This document shows, piece after piece, positions 45,064 through 56,921 of a stretch of 64,000 bases of DNA. The stretch comes from Saprolegnia diclina VS20 (Eukaryota). Each line of letters starts with the position of its first letter. Position 1 is the stretch's first letter. The DNA is taken from NCBI RefSeq assembly GCF_000281045.1, contig NW_008246097.1:172530-236529 (forward strand), read 5' to 3'. The position numbers and the translations under genes were made by a program. Below the pieces are notes generated by a model that saw nothing but the letters and a program-made list of their open reading frames with translations, did no database searches and was not told the origin of the DNA.

Positions 45064-46724
45064 TTATTGCGTGTTGTTGTACATGTCGATGACCTCGTCG
45101 CACATGGGGTCCGAGACGGTCCGGTAGATCGGCGCCGTGCCCATCGTGAGGTTCTTCATCTGCATGCGCGCGTCGCAGCGCTCATCATGGAGGCGCTTGA
45201 AGTACGCTTCGTTGATGTCGCCGCTCACATACAAGCCGTCAAAGCACGAGGCGTCCCAGAGCTTGATCTGCGGGTTCTCGAGCTCGCAGCTCGCCTTGAG
45301 GTCGGCAATGTCTTGGAAGATGACGTGGTCGGCCGTGAGCTCGCGCGCGATCTCGACCTCGGTGCGGTTGTGCGCAATGAGCTCGTCGCGCGTCGGCATG
45401 TCGATGCCGTAGACGTTCGGGTGGCGAATGCACGGCGCCGCGGACGCAAAGTAAACCTTCTTCGCGCCCGATTCGCGCGCGATCTGCACGATCTGGCGAC
45501 CCGTGGTGCCACGCACGATCGAGTCGTCGACGAGCAGCACGACCTTGCCTTCAAATTCACTACCCAAAACAGCGTCAGACACCCAAATACGAGATCCAAG
45601 GGATACCTCTTGATCGCGTTGAGCTTCATGCGCACCGTCTTCTTGCGTGCGACTTGGCCCGGCATGATGAACGTGCGGGCAATGTACCGGTTCTTCACAA
45701 AGCCCTCGCGGTACGGGATGTTGAGGCGGTGCGACATCTCGAGCGCCGACGTGCGCGACGTATCCGGAATCGGGATGACCACGTCGATGCCGTGGTCCGG
45801 GTACTCGCGCAGCACCTTCTCGGCGAGCTTGGAGCCCATGTTGCGACGCGCTTGGTAGACCGAGATGCCGTCAATGACCGAATCCGGGCGGGCAAAGTAC
45901 ACGTGTTCGAAGATGCACGGCGAGAGCTTGGCGTTCGGGCAGCACACGCGGCTCTCAAACTGGCCGCCGTTGCCGATAAAGATGGCCTCACCGGGCGCCA
46001 CGTCGCGCTGGAGCTTGTAGTCGAGCGTGTCGATGGCCACCGACTCGGACGCGACCGCATAGTCGGTGCCGTGGTGGCTCTTGCGTGAGCCATAGACGAG
46101 CGGGCGGATGCCGTTGGGGTCGCGGAAGGCGAGGATGCCGTACCCGTTGATGAGCGCGACGACCGCGTAGCCGCCGCGGCAGCGCGTGTAGAGGCGCGAA
46201 ACCGCGTCAAAGATCTGCGAGCTCGTGAGCGGGTGCGTCGACTTGAGGAGCTCGTCGGCGAGGATGTTGAGGAGCATCTCCGAGTCCTACGCCACGTTTC
46301 ATTTGAGATTCATCGATCGCGAATCTCAATACGATACCGAGTCGGTGTTGACGTGGCGAAAGTTGGTGTTGGCGAGCTGGTCCACGAGCTCGTGCGAGTT
46401 GGTGAGGTTGCCATTGTGCGCGAGCGCAATGCCGTACGGCGAGTTGGTGTAGAAGGGCTGCGCCTCCGAGCTGCTGGACGAGCCGGCGGTCGGGTACCGG
46501 CAGTGGCCGATGCCCATGCAGCCCATGAGCGAGACCATGTGGTTCTGCTTGAAGACGTCGCGGACGAGCCCATTGTCCTTGCGCAGGTGCAGCTTGCCGT
46601 TGTGCGACGTCATGATGCCGGCGGCGTCCTGGCCGCGGTGCTGGAGCACCGTGAGGCCGTCGTACAAGCTCTGGTTGCAGTGCTCGTGCTTGTTGGCGAG
46701 GAGGACCGCGATGATACCACACAT
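45064..46724 (-). CDS. PPAT: Amidophosphoribosyltransferase (2 introns)
   Basis: N-terminal nucleophile [60 protein letters not shown]. Confidence 0.96.
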
Positions 46725-47384
46725 CGTACTGCTGCTTGCGACCGACGGGTTGAATTTGCAACTCAATCTCAATCGCCGAAACCTCCGCGGACGTATTTTT
46801 ATGCGGGTTTTCAATTTCTCTTGCTATTTGTATGCAATACAATCAAGTTGCGCAAACGGTTATGCGACCCGGTGACTTGAAGTTTGTATACCCCACAGCA
46901 GTGGTGCCCGCGCTGCCAGGCTGCGGATTCCAAATGCCATGGGTGGGGAACCTCGGTCGCATTTTCCGCCACTCGATTTGGATGCATCATCAAAGATGTG
47001 CTGCGGCCAAAGCGTTCAGTAATCACGACGGCGCCACGTCATCTCGGCTGCTATCCGATCTTAGTCCTGCATCATCGTCGGGCGTTGCTGCCTCACCGCG
47101 CGTCGGCGGGGACGTATAATACCACCAGAGCACCACCCCCAGCTCGCATGCGATCCTAGGTCAAATCGCTAAACAGATGGCGTTGCCCCTGACGTGGAGC
47201 CGTCTCCGCGCAGTAGTCGCGTGCAGCTTCAAGTCTACGACCAAGTCCTTATAGCCTCTGGTTTTGAGAGTGCACCAAAGAGCTAGACAGCCAACTCATA
47301 TGTAGTCTGGTGATTGCAAGGAGAAGAAAAGGGCAGATGCAGAGTTGGTGTTGGTAGTTGAAGATCAAAACTTCTCAAAGGCGC

Positions 47385-50300
47385 CTACATGAGCGGGATG
47401 CTTTCGGCCGCGAACGTTGCCGTCCACGCTTGGAGGAGCTCGGGCGAGAGAGCTTCGTTTGCGAGAGTGTTGAGCTAGCCAAGAAAGCGTCAACATTTAT
47501 GGAGAAGAGAAAGGTGGCGCTGTACCCCGCCGGGCGTCGCGCGGCTGAGCTGGCTCATCGACTCGCACAGCTGGCGCTTGTAATTCGGGATAAAGTCGAG
47601 GTAGTCGATCGCGCCCGCCGCCGATGAAAAGTGCAAGCTCGAAAAGCCCGCGTCGTACCCTATTCCCCGTCAGCTCGTCTTCCCACACATCATCGTTCGC
47701 ACCTGTTTCTTCGAGGTCGAGCAAGATGTCGTCTTCCGTCTTGGCCGCAATGTGCGCCGTCTTGTTCTCCTTCTCCAGCAGCAACGTGGCCAGCGCAGGC
47801 AGAAGCGTGCGAATTGCGTTCGCATCCTGCTTGAACGGCGAGTCGCAGACAAGGAGCGTGAGGCCCACGACCGCAGGCTACATCACGCAGCGTCCCATCA
47901 TCTGCGAGTAGCCCTATCGTCGTACCTTCTTGTCGGCGCCGCTGACACGCACAATGTGCTCGATCCAGATCGGAAGCAGCATGCGCATCATGCTAGTACC
48001 CGCATGAGCAACATCTCCGGATGCAAAACGAGAGAATATACCCCGCTTGGCAGCCTTCGACGGCGTTGATCAGCCGCGTCGTGCCGTGCTTGGCCATAAA
48101 GATGCTCACTGTCAAGAGCATCTCCTTGACGTACAGCGTGCCGTTGCGCCCGTGGAGGCGCGTCTGGAGGCGCATCATGAGGATCTTGACGACCTCGACC
48201 AGCAACGGCTCGTACGACGCCCTAACCACATGAGACATGCGCTGCGAAAGGAAGAGAGGTCGTACAGCGGGAGGCAGACGAGAATCGGCTTGAGGAGGGC
48301 AAACGCTTGCGTTTCGGTCGTGCGGTTCGACACGAGCTTCTGGAAGACGCCGAGGATGCCCTGGATGTGCGACGCGACGGCGGTCGGGTACTTGCGCAGG
48401 TACGCTTCGAGGAGCTTGACGATCGCGGCGACCGTGCTCACGCGTTCCCAGAGGGCAGGCGAGAGGAGCACAGGGAAGAGGTTGTGGTACGCGGACGAGA
48501 GCGTCGGCGCGGTCGTCAAGTCGAGCAGCTGCGCGAGCACTTGGTAGACGTACGGGCAGAGCGCTTCGACGTCCGACATGAGCACTTGCTGAAAGGGCGG
48601 GAAGAGGAGCTGCTCGAACGTCTCGACAAACGCCGGGTTGGCCTTGCACACGTTGTTGATGAGCATCGAGAGGGCCTCAAAGAGGCAGTGCGAGAACGCC
48701 GGGTTGCTCGGGTTGGCACACACTTGGGAGAGGAGCAGTGTGAGCTGCTGGACACACACATCGGCGTACGGCACGACCGACTCTTGCGCGACCACAAAGA
48801 GGCGCAGCACCATGCGCATGAGGTAGTCGTTCTCTGGGTACGATGGTGCGACAAGGATCGTAAACACTTGGTTGAGGAGCGGCGCAAGGTACGGCTGGAG
48901 CATGCTTTTCGTGAACCGGCGCTCGTTGCCGTCTTTGACCGTCAGCATCTTCTCAATGCAGTACGCTGCGTAGCTGTGGACGACAAACTGATCGGGCAAC
49001 AGGCAGCTCGAGAGCAACGGGAAGAGCTGCTGCGTGAGGTGCGCCGGGAGGTTATTGCGGAACGTCGCAACAAACTTGAGCGCCCCAGCAATCAAAAGAA
49101 GCGACGTCGGCGACGTGACGTCCGGCGACTGCAGCGTCGGGAGCACGTGTCCTTGGAAGATGTCGAGCAGCGGCACGCTCGGGTGCACCTCCGAGACACC
49201 GCGCGTCCGCGTCTGCTTGACGGCTGCGAGCGCCGTCACGAGGTTGATGGCCACGTCCTTCTGCATCCACTTGGTCTGCGGCGACGCCGAGTACTCTTGC
49301 AAAAGCACGTTGATCGTCTGGAGGCAGATGCGTGTGACCGCGGCTTCAAACTTGGAGCGAAGGCCGCGGAGGAGCTCGGTGGCCGCCGACCGGCGCGTGT
49401 CGCCGTCCGAGCCTTCAATGTCCTTGCGGATGTACTCGAGCGGGTTGTCCTCAAAGAGCTCGACGTCCGACTCGCGCAGCTGGAGGTTCCGGACCACGAT
49501 CGAGTTGCAGAGCTCCGAGAGGACGCTCTCGCTCTCAAAGAGGTGGTTGTTGATGCCCTGGAGCGCGACCGACCGGAGGAACTTCATGCTCTTCGCTGCC
49601 ACGTCGTCGTGCTTGGGGAAGAGCGAGAGCTTCGTCGAGAGGTAGTGCCAAATGGTCTGCGTGAAGCTCGGGAGGTACGGCCCAAACTCTTCGTCGTACT
49701 TTTCTGCGTAGATGGTAATGTTGTCGAGGACCGCGCTGTGCACGAGCGTGATGAGGTCGACCTCGACCTCCTCGGACGCGTCGGCGATCTTGTTGTTCTC
49801 GTACTTGAGGAGGAACTCGAACGCCTCCATCCAGCTCTTGATGTTGTCCTCAAAGTACTCGGGCAGGTCTTGCCAGTTGAGCGAGAAGAAGATGCGGCTC
49901 ATCGTGCGCAACGCGGTGAGGATCGCACGCACGTCGTTGAGGTCCGACGTCTGCGGCAAGCGCGCCGTGAGCGAGCCAAAGAGCATGAGCAACGGCGCCT
50001 ACAGAGGAGAGTGTGAGCGGCTATGCTGAACGAGGAGAAGGTGACCTGGAACTGCTCGAGGCAGTACTTGAGCTCGAGGAAGAGCGCGTCGCTCTTGAAG
50101 GCGTGGCGGAAGCGCTTGAAGATGGCGTTGGAGGTCTCGAGGACGCCGTTGATGGCGCGAAAGTCGCTGCTCGGGTTGCCAAGCTTCTCGACGATCTGCG
50201 GCAGCAGCTGCGGCCACTGGTTGGGAAAGTCGTACTCGCCGATCGTGTAGAGCGCGGCCGAGAGCTGCTTCATGAGGCTCTCGGGCATCTCGCACATGAG

Positions 50301-50597
50301 CCCGACAATGTGTTCCTTCACGAGCGCTTTGCATTCGACGTGGATCGAGCCATCCTCGGGGTCCCATTCCTTCTTGATCGTGTTCTTGAAGGCGATCGCG
50401 GCCGAAAGACGAATGGCTTGCGGCACCTCGCTGGCCCGGAGCACGCTTAGGAGGAGGAGCGGCCCGTTGGGCTGCTTGAGGATCGCCTGGAGGCTGGCCT
50501 CGGCGGCCCGGCGAGGCTCGGCCAAGGGAGAGAGCGACTGCTCGAGCACGCCGACGAGGGCCGTGAGTTCCGCGGGCGAGCCCATGTTCATTGCCAT
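47385..50597 (-). CDS. CSE1: Exportin-2 / importin-alpha re-exporter (multi-exon)
   Basis: IBN_N start (RLSAAIAFKNTIKKEW), DFPNQWPQLL, RIFFSLNWQDLPEYFED, FEDNPLEYIRKDIEGSDGDTRR, VVHSYAA, NPSNPAFSHCLFE. Confidence 0.93.
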
Positions 50598-51574
50598 CCT
50601 TCCGTCGACCTTGTCGCTCCTGCGCGAAATGAAAATATCCTCTCAGAATCCCTACTATTCGTTTTCGCAGGCAATTTTAGATTCGCCATACAATTCAGGT
50701 CAACTCCCTCAAAACAACGCCACAGCCTCCGAGACAGCACCAACTACAGCCCCACGTCCTTGCACCAGGCGACAAGCCAGCGGAAGCAAGCGGCCAAAGG
50801 CAACGCGTAATACCCTGCGCTACGAGGGCTCGCTTCTAGTCGTGTAGTGATGAGCGCAAGCGTCAACGGGTGGGAGTACGAGTACTTGATTTTTGAAAAA
50901 AAATCAACTGACCGACGTGGACGTTGGTGACGCAACCTCTTCTCGGTTGCATGCAGCCCGAGCCACTGGATTCAGCATTCATGAGGATGATCCCGCTGGA
51001 GTACTGGTGCGTTAGCAGTCGTGACGGCTATTGCGTCGTCGATTGGCGCTCGATTCTCGCGGACGGCCGTTGCAAGCAAGGAATATTCGTCTGGTGGACG
51101 CAGAGACTGCCACGTATCCCAAAGCTGGATTCGAGAACGTTCGATGCCCATTCGCAGCCCGACGGCTTCACTCTGCAATCGGACGCGCCGCCGCGCCAGC
51201 TCTGCCCCGTCTGGCTCGACGGCGTCCAACGACAGCTTTGCTCCGCATGCCTCGTCCTCCTCTGCCGCTGCGCTTCCCTCTTCCCACGAAACACATATCT
51301 GCGATGGTAGATATTCCTGCAGCCGCCCGTCCTTCGCCGTTGCTGCGACGCCCGTCTGCACGAGTCTGTAGTACCGCCAAGTGTGTTTTAACGTCAAGAA
51401 GGGCAGCCGCGTTCTTAGCGTACGATACTATGTTCTTACTCCACGATCCGCGTTGGTCCCGCTCCCCCACCCAAGGGCGCGGACGGTGCAAGCATACCGC
51501 AGTCTCGAGTTGGATTGTAGAATACATGGGCTGACGAGGGTATACACGAAGCACTAAATAGACACGGCAAGAAG

Positions 51575-52228
51575 CTATTGCCGGCAAATGGGGCAGTTGA
51601 GGCGCGAGTAGTACCACACGCAGATGCAGGTCTCGTGGAAGACGTGGCCGCAGCGCAGCGCGACGTGTGGGGCGTCATCGGTGCTGAGGCAGATGCAGCA
51701 GTCGCCCGCGACGCTTTCGACTGCCGACATTTGGCGCATGCGCTGGCTCGCGCGAACCTCGAGCGGGTACTCGATCGCGCAAAAGTCGCTGGTCGCATGG
51801 AGCAGATCGCGGTGCAAATCGCAGGTCGCGACTTGGTCGGCCGTCGCCGCCATCGCGCCAAACACCAAGCGCAAGAGCTTGGCAATCACGGGCGCCTTCT
51901 CGGCAAAGATCGCGCAGAGCAAGATCCGGCGCGTCTCGCTCCGCAGCTGCTGGAGGCGCGTGCTCTTGGCGTGCTTGGCGAGGCTGCGCACGCGCTCGAG
52001 ATAGCGCCGCACGTCCCGATACGTGCAGTAGATCTTCCAGCTCACGTCGCTACTCCGGTTTTCGAGCACGACCTCGTACAGCGTCGTCCACGGAAACACG
52101 CTCGTGACAATGGCATCGTCGTCGTCGTCGAGCGGGAAGACGCGCACGTCGAGGTCGCGGAGGCTCGTCGCCCGGCGAATGTCGGCGCGCCGGTGCACAA
52201 TAGTCTCAGCACCGAGCTCCTTGGTCAT
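51575..52228 (-). CDS. RING-H2 E3 ligase with PX-like N-terminal region, intronless
   Basis: CCICL..LRCGHVFHETCICVW..CPICR. N-terminal YEVVL..WKIYCTYRDV resembles the PX fold start. Confidence 0.75.
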   Translation of the reverse strand: MTKELGAETIVHRRADIRRATSLRDLDVRVFPLDDDDDAIVTSVFPWTTLYEVVLENRSSDVSWKIYCTYRDVRRYLERVRSLAKHAKSTRLQQLRSETRRILLCAIFAEKAPVIAKLLRLVFGAMAATADQVATCDLHRDLLHATSDFCAIEYPLEVRASQRMRQMSAVESVAGDCCICLSTDDAPHVALRCGHVFHETCICVWYYSRLNCPICRQ

Positions 52229-52679
52229 CCTCCTCTTGCCAACTGAGCTGCAGAATCGAAGGTTGTGCGACCATCGAATTCGAACACGCCGCCGCATCAC
52301 ATACTGCCAAGGAAATAAAACCCAGGTTGACTAATGGCGCAGAATTAGTGCTACGAGGTCCTCGCCTTACCACCGACGACGAGCGCATGCGAGCAAACCA
52401 CTCGGAGAAGCACCGACACGAACGAGATCTGATGGGCGGTTGGTGGCGAGAGATGCTGTGGCCGAGGACGTTGGTCTGACACTACGGAGATGCCAACCTC
52501 GGCTGCCACGAGCAGCATTGTTGTAGCAGGCGCAAGGGTCTAGTACGTCCTACGGTCCATGGAGTACGATCGCAATGTGAATTGGATCGATTGAAGTATA
52601 CTTAATACTCCGTGGCGTCTACCTGTGCTACTCGACTACTGAACTTCTACCTCGCGCGTCTGTACACTGGACTCGGTCT

Positions 52680-54767
52680 TTACGCCGCCGCGTCGTCGTC
52701 CTTCTTCTTGCTCTTCTTCCGCTTCTTCTTGGCCTTCTTCCCGTTCTCGCTCACGCCGTCCACGTCCTCGTCGTTGTCTTCCGTGACATTCGGCTCGCTG
52801 CTCTGCTTGCGGCTGCGACTCTTCGGCGAATGCGCTGCGATCGCGTCGTCGTCCGTCATGGCCTCGTCGTCGTCTTCGGTGCCAATGCTCGTCTTCTTCT
52901 TGTGCTTCTTGTTCTTCTTCTTCTTCTTCTTCTCGCTGTCGACGAGCTCGATGGGCCACGCCACGTCATCGAGAAACCCGAGGCTCTTGGCGTAGTCCGA
53001 GCCGAGGTCGATGCCGGGCACCGACTCGGGCGGGTCCGGGAGGCTGCTATACCCGCCGTACCCGCCGTAGCGCGACATGGAGGTCGGCACGCTGATGCCG
53101 AGGCCCTTGATAACCATCGCCGACGTGATCGCACGCAGCTGCGGCTCAAACTCGTGCCACATTGCATGCGACATGAGGAACGAGCGCAAGTACGCATCGG
53201 GCGCGACCCCGGATGCGTGGAGGCGGAGCAGGTTGCAGCAGTGGAGCACGTAGCCGCGGCCGGCAGCGTCGCCCGACTCGAACGCCTTGACGAGCGTCGT
53301 GACAAACTTGAGTTTCTGGAGCAATGGCTTGAGGATCGCTTCGTCGTTCGTGCGCAGCGCGGCGAGCAAGAGCCGCGCGAACGTACCGGCGTACAGGTTG
53401 TTGTGGGGGAACTGGATGAACCAAAAGATGAGCGCTTGCCACGCCTCGGTCGTAAACTGCTCGAGCAAACTCGGGTCGTTCTTGACCAGCTCGTCGACCA
53501 TGAGGACGAGATCGAGGCGGAAGCCCGTAAACGGGTACGCGACGCTGTATCCTGTGTGCTGCACGCTCAGCGTGCTCTGCGGATTCATCTTGAGCTGCGC
53601 CCGGTGCGTCTCGACCATGTAGGCCAGGTACTTGGTGATGCCGACGCTCCCGACGTGCGCGAAGATGCGCGAGCGCAGCGACAGCAGCTGGTTGGGTACG
53701 AGGTTGACCACGGTGCCGCCAAACGAGTGGTACGGCGACGTCGGCGGCCCCGGCACTTGCTCGAGCGAGCTCTTGTGCAAAAGACCGAGGAGACAGCGAA
53801 GCGCCGCCTGTCGCCGGCCGCTGGGGACCGCGAGATACGACAGCGGGTCGGCCGTGTTAAGCACGTGCAAGAACGTCTTGATGAGGTCGTTGAGGAGCTG
53901 CGTCGAGTGCCCCAAGGGCTGCAAAAGGAGCTCGCCATTGTCGTCGGCTGCAAGGCGATCGATGAGCTCGAGGAAGACGTCGGCGGCCGCCACCGCGTGC
54001 GCTTCACTGTACTCGGGCTTGCAAATGTGCTCGCCGAGCGTCACGAGGATGTTCATGTCCGAGAGGCCGCGGAAGAAGCGCCATTTCGCGTCCGGCGAGC
54101 CCTTGTACATGCGAAGGAAGGCCGCGTTGTGCGGCTTACAGATCATCGCGAGAAAGACGTCGGCGACCGGGGCCTCCTCGAGATGCAATAGCATCGCGTT
54201 GATATACCGCTCGACGCCGTCGGCCGCGATCGTCTTGTACACGTCGTCGAGGTGGTAGCGCAAGAGGCGGTCGAGGAGCCGGCAGCCGTGGTGAAAGTTG
54301 CCGCGCGAGTTGGTCTGGAAGAGGCCAAAGAGGCAGCGCACGATGAGCGGCGTCTTGTTCTGGAGAAAGTTCATGATCGGCTCCGAGTTTTCGTCGTCCG
54401 TGAGCATCATCGTCACGTGGTAGCTCTTCAAGAGCTCGTCCGTGACGTTGTCGACATCGCGTGCTTCCATGTGGTCGCGGTGGTGGGCGCGGAGCTTGCG
54501 CGGGCCATTGCGAAGGAACGTCGTCTGGTTCTCGTCGACTTCGGGCACGACGCGCGTGATGAACGAGATGAATGCAGCGCAGACCTCGTCGTGCGTGAGG
54601 TATTGCAGCATCTTGACGGTCAGCGTCGGCGTCTCGAGGCTGAGCATGCGATGGAGGATCTCGAGCTGGTCCTTGTACAGGAGCTTGGGCGACAAGGTCG
54701 CGCCATGGGCGTCGGTCGCCGGGATCTCGACGGCGAGCGCGGCCATCGCCTGGTTCAGTTGACTCAT
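52680..54767 (-). CDS. SIT4 phosphatase-associated (SAPS/PP6 regulatory subunit)-like helical protein, intronless
   Basis: PFTGFRLDLV, FIQFPHNNLY and GRGYVLHCCN resemble SAPS motifs; Lys/acidic tail; Inr-like TCATTTT just upstream of ATG 54767. Confidence 0.6.
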   Translation of the reverse strand: MSQLNQAMAALAVEIPATDAHGATLSPKLLYKDQLEILHRMLSLETPTLTVKMLQYLTHDEVCAAFISFITRVVPEVDENQTTFLRNGPRKLRAHHRDHMEARDVDNVTDELLKSYHVTMMLTDDENSEPIMNFLQNKTPLIVRCLFGLFQTNSRGNFHHGCRLLDRLLRYHLDDVYKTIAADGVERYINAMLLHLEEAPVADVFLAMICKPHNAAFLRMYKGSPDAKWRFFRGLSDMNILVTLGEHICKPEYSEAHAVAAADVFLELIDRLAADDNGELLLQPLGHSTQLLNDLIKTFLHVLNTADPLSYLAVPSGRRQAALRCLLGLLHKSSLEQVPGPPTSPYHSFGGTVVNLVPNQLLSLRSRIFAHVGSVGITKYLAYMVETHRAQLKMNPQSTLSVQHTGYSVAYPFTGFRLDLVLMVDELVKNDPSLLEQFTTEAWQALIFWFIQFPHNNLYAGTFARLLLAALRTNDEAILKPLLQKLKFVTTLVKAFESGDAAGRGYVLHCCNLLRLHASGVAPDAYLRSFLMSHAMWHEFEPQLRAITSAMVIKGLGISVPTSMSRYGGYGGYSSLPDPPESVPGIDLGSDYAKSLGFLDDVAWPIELVDSEKKKKKKNKKHKKKTSIGTEDDDEAMTDDDAIAAHSPKSRSRKQSSEPNVTEDNDEDVDGVSENGKKAKKKRKKSKKKDDDAAA

Positions 54768-55543
54768 GGTCTCTGGACGGAGTCGCTCAAAATGAAAGAT
54801 CCCACGTGTGACCAATGCTCCAGTGTATTTTTTTGCTTCTTGTTTATCTTGACTGGACATTGGTATGTGCCACCAGTATCTTTTTAAAATCAGCTGGTTC
54901 CACTGTCTTATAATATTTTGCATGCGACACTTGGAATGTGTATGTCGAATTAAGAACGCTTTTTAATACGCCGACCCGAGAACGGTCGGGCGCATGTAAC
55001 CCCTCCATCACCTTCGCGCCACGTTCCTGTGGAAGCGGCGACCGGCGTCGACGAGGACCGCTCTGCGCGCTGTCGCCATGGACCGCGCCCATGATAGCTA
55101 CGGGCTCCGCCGAGGACGAGCATGGGCCACGCCGTGGCTGTCGTGGCCACGCGATAGGCCAGCGCGGCGCCGAGACACTGCAGCAGCTGGCGACGTTCCA
55201 TTGACTCGTAGCCACTGCTTCGCCATGCGCGCCGCCTCGTCGCCGGGAATACATGGTATGGCCTCTACGCCATCGCATCTACGGTACAGCATAGGTACAT
55301 GGAGCCGTCGGTAGCGGTCCCGACGGCGAGGCCATGGCGGACGTTGGACGTTGGTGGGCACGTTCGTTTCGGATATGTCCTATTTGTATCCGCTGGTCCG
55401 AATTGGGTGAGCGCCGCGCGCGGATTGGCTGCAATACGATGCTTTTTTGTGATTGGCGCAAATCGCGTGAAATTGGTTGGCGGCGAATTACTGGTCCGTG
55501 AGATTGCATTAGATTTAGCCATTCTTCATTTTTCCATCTCAAA

Positions 55544-56632
55544 ATGCCCAGCAAGAAGGTCCTGAAGGGTGCTAGCACCACGCAGAAGCCCGCCGCCGCC
55601 AAGCCGGCTGCCAAGTCGACGGCGTCGAAGAAGAAGGGCGCCGACCCGCTCTTCCCGTCGGCCCCCAAGAACTTCCGTCTTGGTGGTGACATCCAGGTAT
55701 GCTAAGTAGACACAACGACGCCATCATGGCTCGTCTGTCGTCGAACACAACACACAAGGTCCCGGCGCAGCCGCCGGCAGGTTTCGCCAGCAATGGCCTA
55801 GCCTCGCCGGTGGTCGCAACGGGACCGTAGCGGGTACCACATACCGCAATGATATAAACGACTTGTGGTGGCCTCATCCTTTCCTAAGTGATTGAGTCAC
55901 CCAAGGTACCCTATATCTGCCGTTGTCGTGACCACGATCGACCGAGTCGGCCACGCAGCAGTCGTGCTCATGCGCCTTTTGTAGCCCAAGCGCGACCTCT
56001 CGCGCTTCGTCCGCTGGCCCAAGAACGTGCGCCTCCAGCGCCAGCACAAGATCTTGACCACGCGCCTCAAGGTCCCCCCGAGCATCAACCAGTTCACGAA
56101 CACGCTCGACAAGAACGCCGCCACGGACCTCTACAAGCTCCTCCTCAAGTACCAGCCTGAGTCGAAGGCCGCCAAGACCCAGCGTCTTCGCGACATCGCC
56201 GCCGGCAAGGAGCAGGTCTCGGCCCCCCCGGCCGTGATCAAGTACGGTCTTAACCACGTCACGTCGTTGATCGAGAACAAGAAGGCCAAGATGGTGTGCA
56301 TCGCCCACGATGTCACCCCCATCGAGCTTGTCGTGTTCCTCCCGGCCCTCTGCCGCAAGATGGACATCCCGTACTGCATCGTCAAGGGCAAGGCTCGCCT
56401 CGGGCAGCTCGTCCACAAGAAGAACGCCGCCGTCGTCGCCCTCACGCAGGTGAACAAGGAAGACAAGGCCAAGTTCGACTCGCTCAACACGGCGTTCCGC
56501 GCCCAGTTCAACGACGAATCGACGCACCGCCGCAAGTGGGGCGGTGGCATCATGGGCCTCAAGACGCAGAAGAAGCTCGAGCTCCGCGCCAAGGCCGTCG
56601 CCGCCGAACTCGCCAAGAAGGCCCAGTACTAA
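55544..56632 (+). CDS. RPL7A: 60S ribosomal protein L7a (eL8); intron 55697-55984
   Basis: [67 protein letters not shown]. Confidence 0.97.
55750..55920 (+). ncRNA. Candidate structured intronic RNA (H/ACA snoRNA-like or cis-regulatory)
   Basis: Long hairpin 55758-55826 with GCAA tetraloop, small hairpin 55830-55847, ANANNA box ATATAA at 55852-55857, and hairpin 55862-55905 followed by ATA, all inside an unusually long 288-nt intron. Confidence 0.4.
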
Positions 56633-56921
56633 ATTAGTAGTTGCTGAATCCTCACGGGAGAGATGGAAAAGAAGTAGTGCCAACCTTGTAATGAAGAAAG
56701 CATCTTTGGCCTTCACACATTATTGTCTATTCTCATCTTGAAAAGATAGAAGAATCTGACAAATCGATTCTCGCATCTGCTACGGGTAGGGCTGATACAC
56801 TTGACATAATCCCGGAGGCTAGGGCAATTCCCTTGGTTGCCAACCTCCCAAGGAGCGCCTTGGGTAGAGCAGCAGACGATACAGCCCGACGAGAGAGTTT
56901 GTCGACACCGTGTTTAGGTTA

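Noticed and set aside
45064..46724. PPAT as a recent bacterial transfer because it lacks a propeptide (E. coli PurF-like)
   Set aside because: It has spliceosomal introns, and the propeptide-less type is also normal in eukaryotes such as fungi.
48307..50016. Long antisense ORFs (also 4931-6178, 34817-36091, 37219-38703, 52830-54191)
   Set aside because: These are shadow frames opposite real genes, caused by GC3-rich codon usage; they carry no motifs.
56780..56880. Hairpin-rich spacer between RPL7A and CPSF2 as a tRNA or ncRNA
   Set aside because: Only short CCTTGG/CCAAGG inverted repeats are present; there is no cloverleaf, T-loop or box motif.
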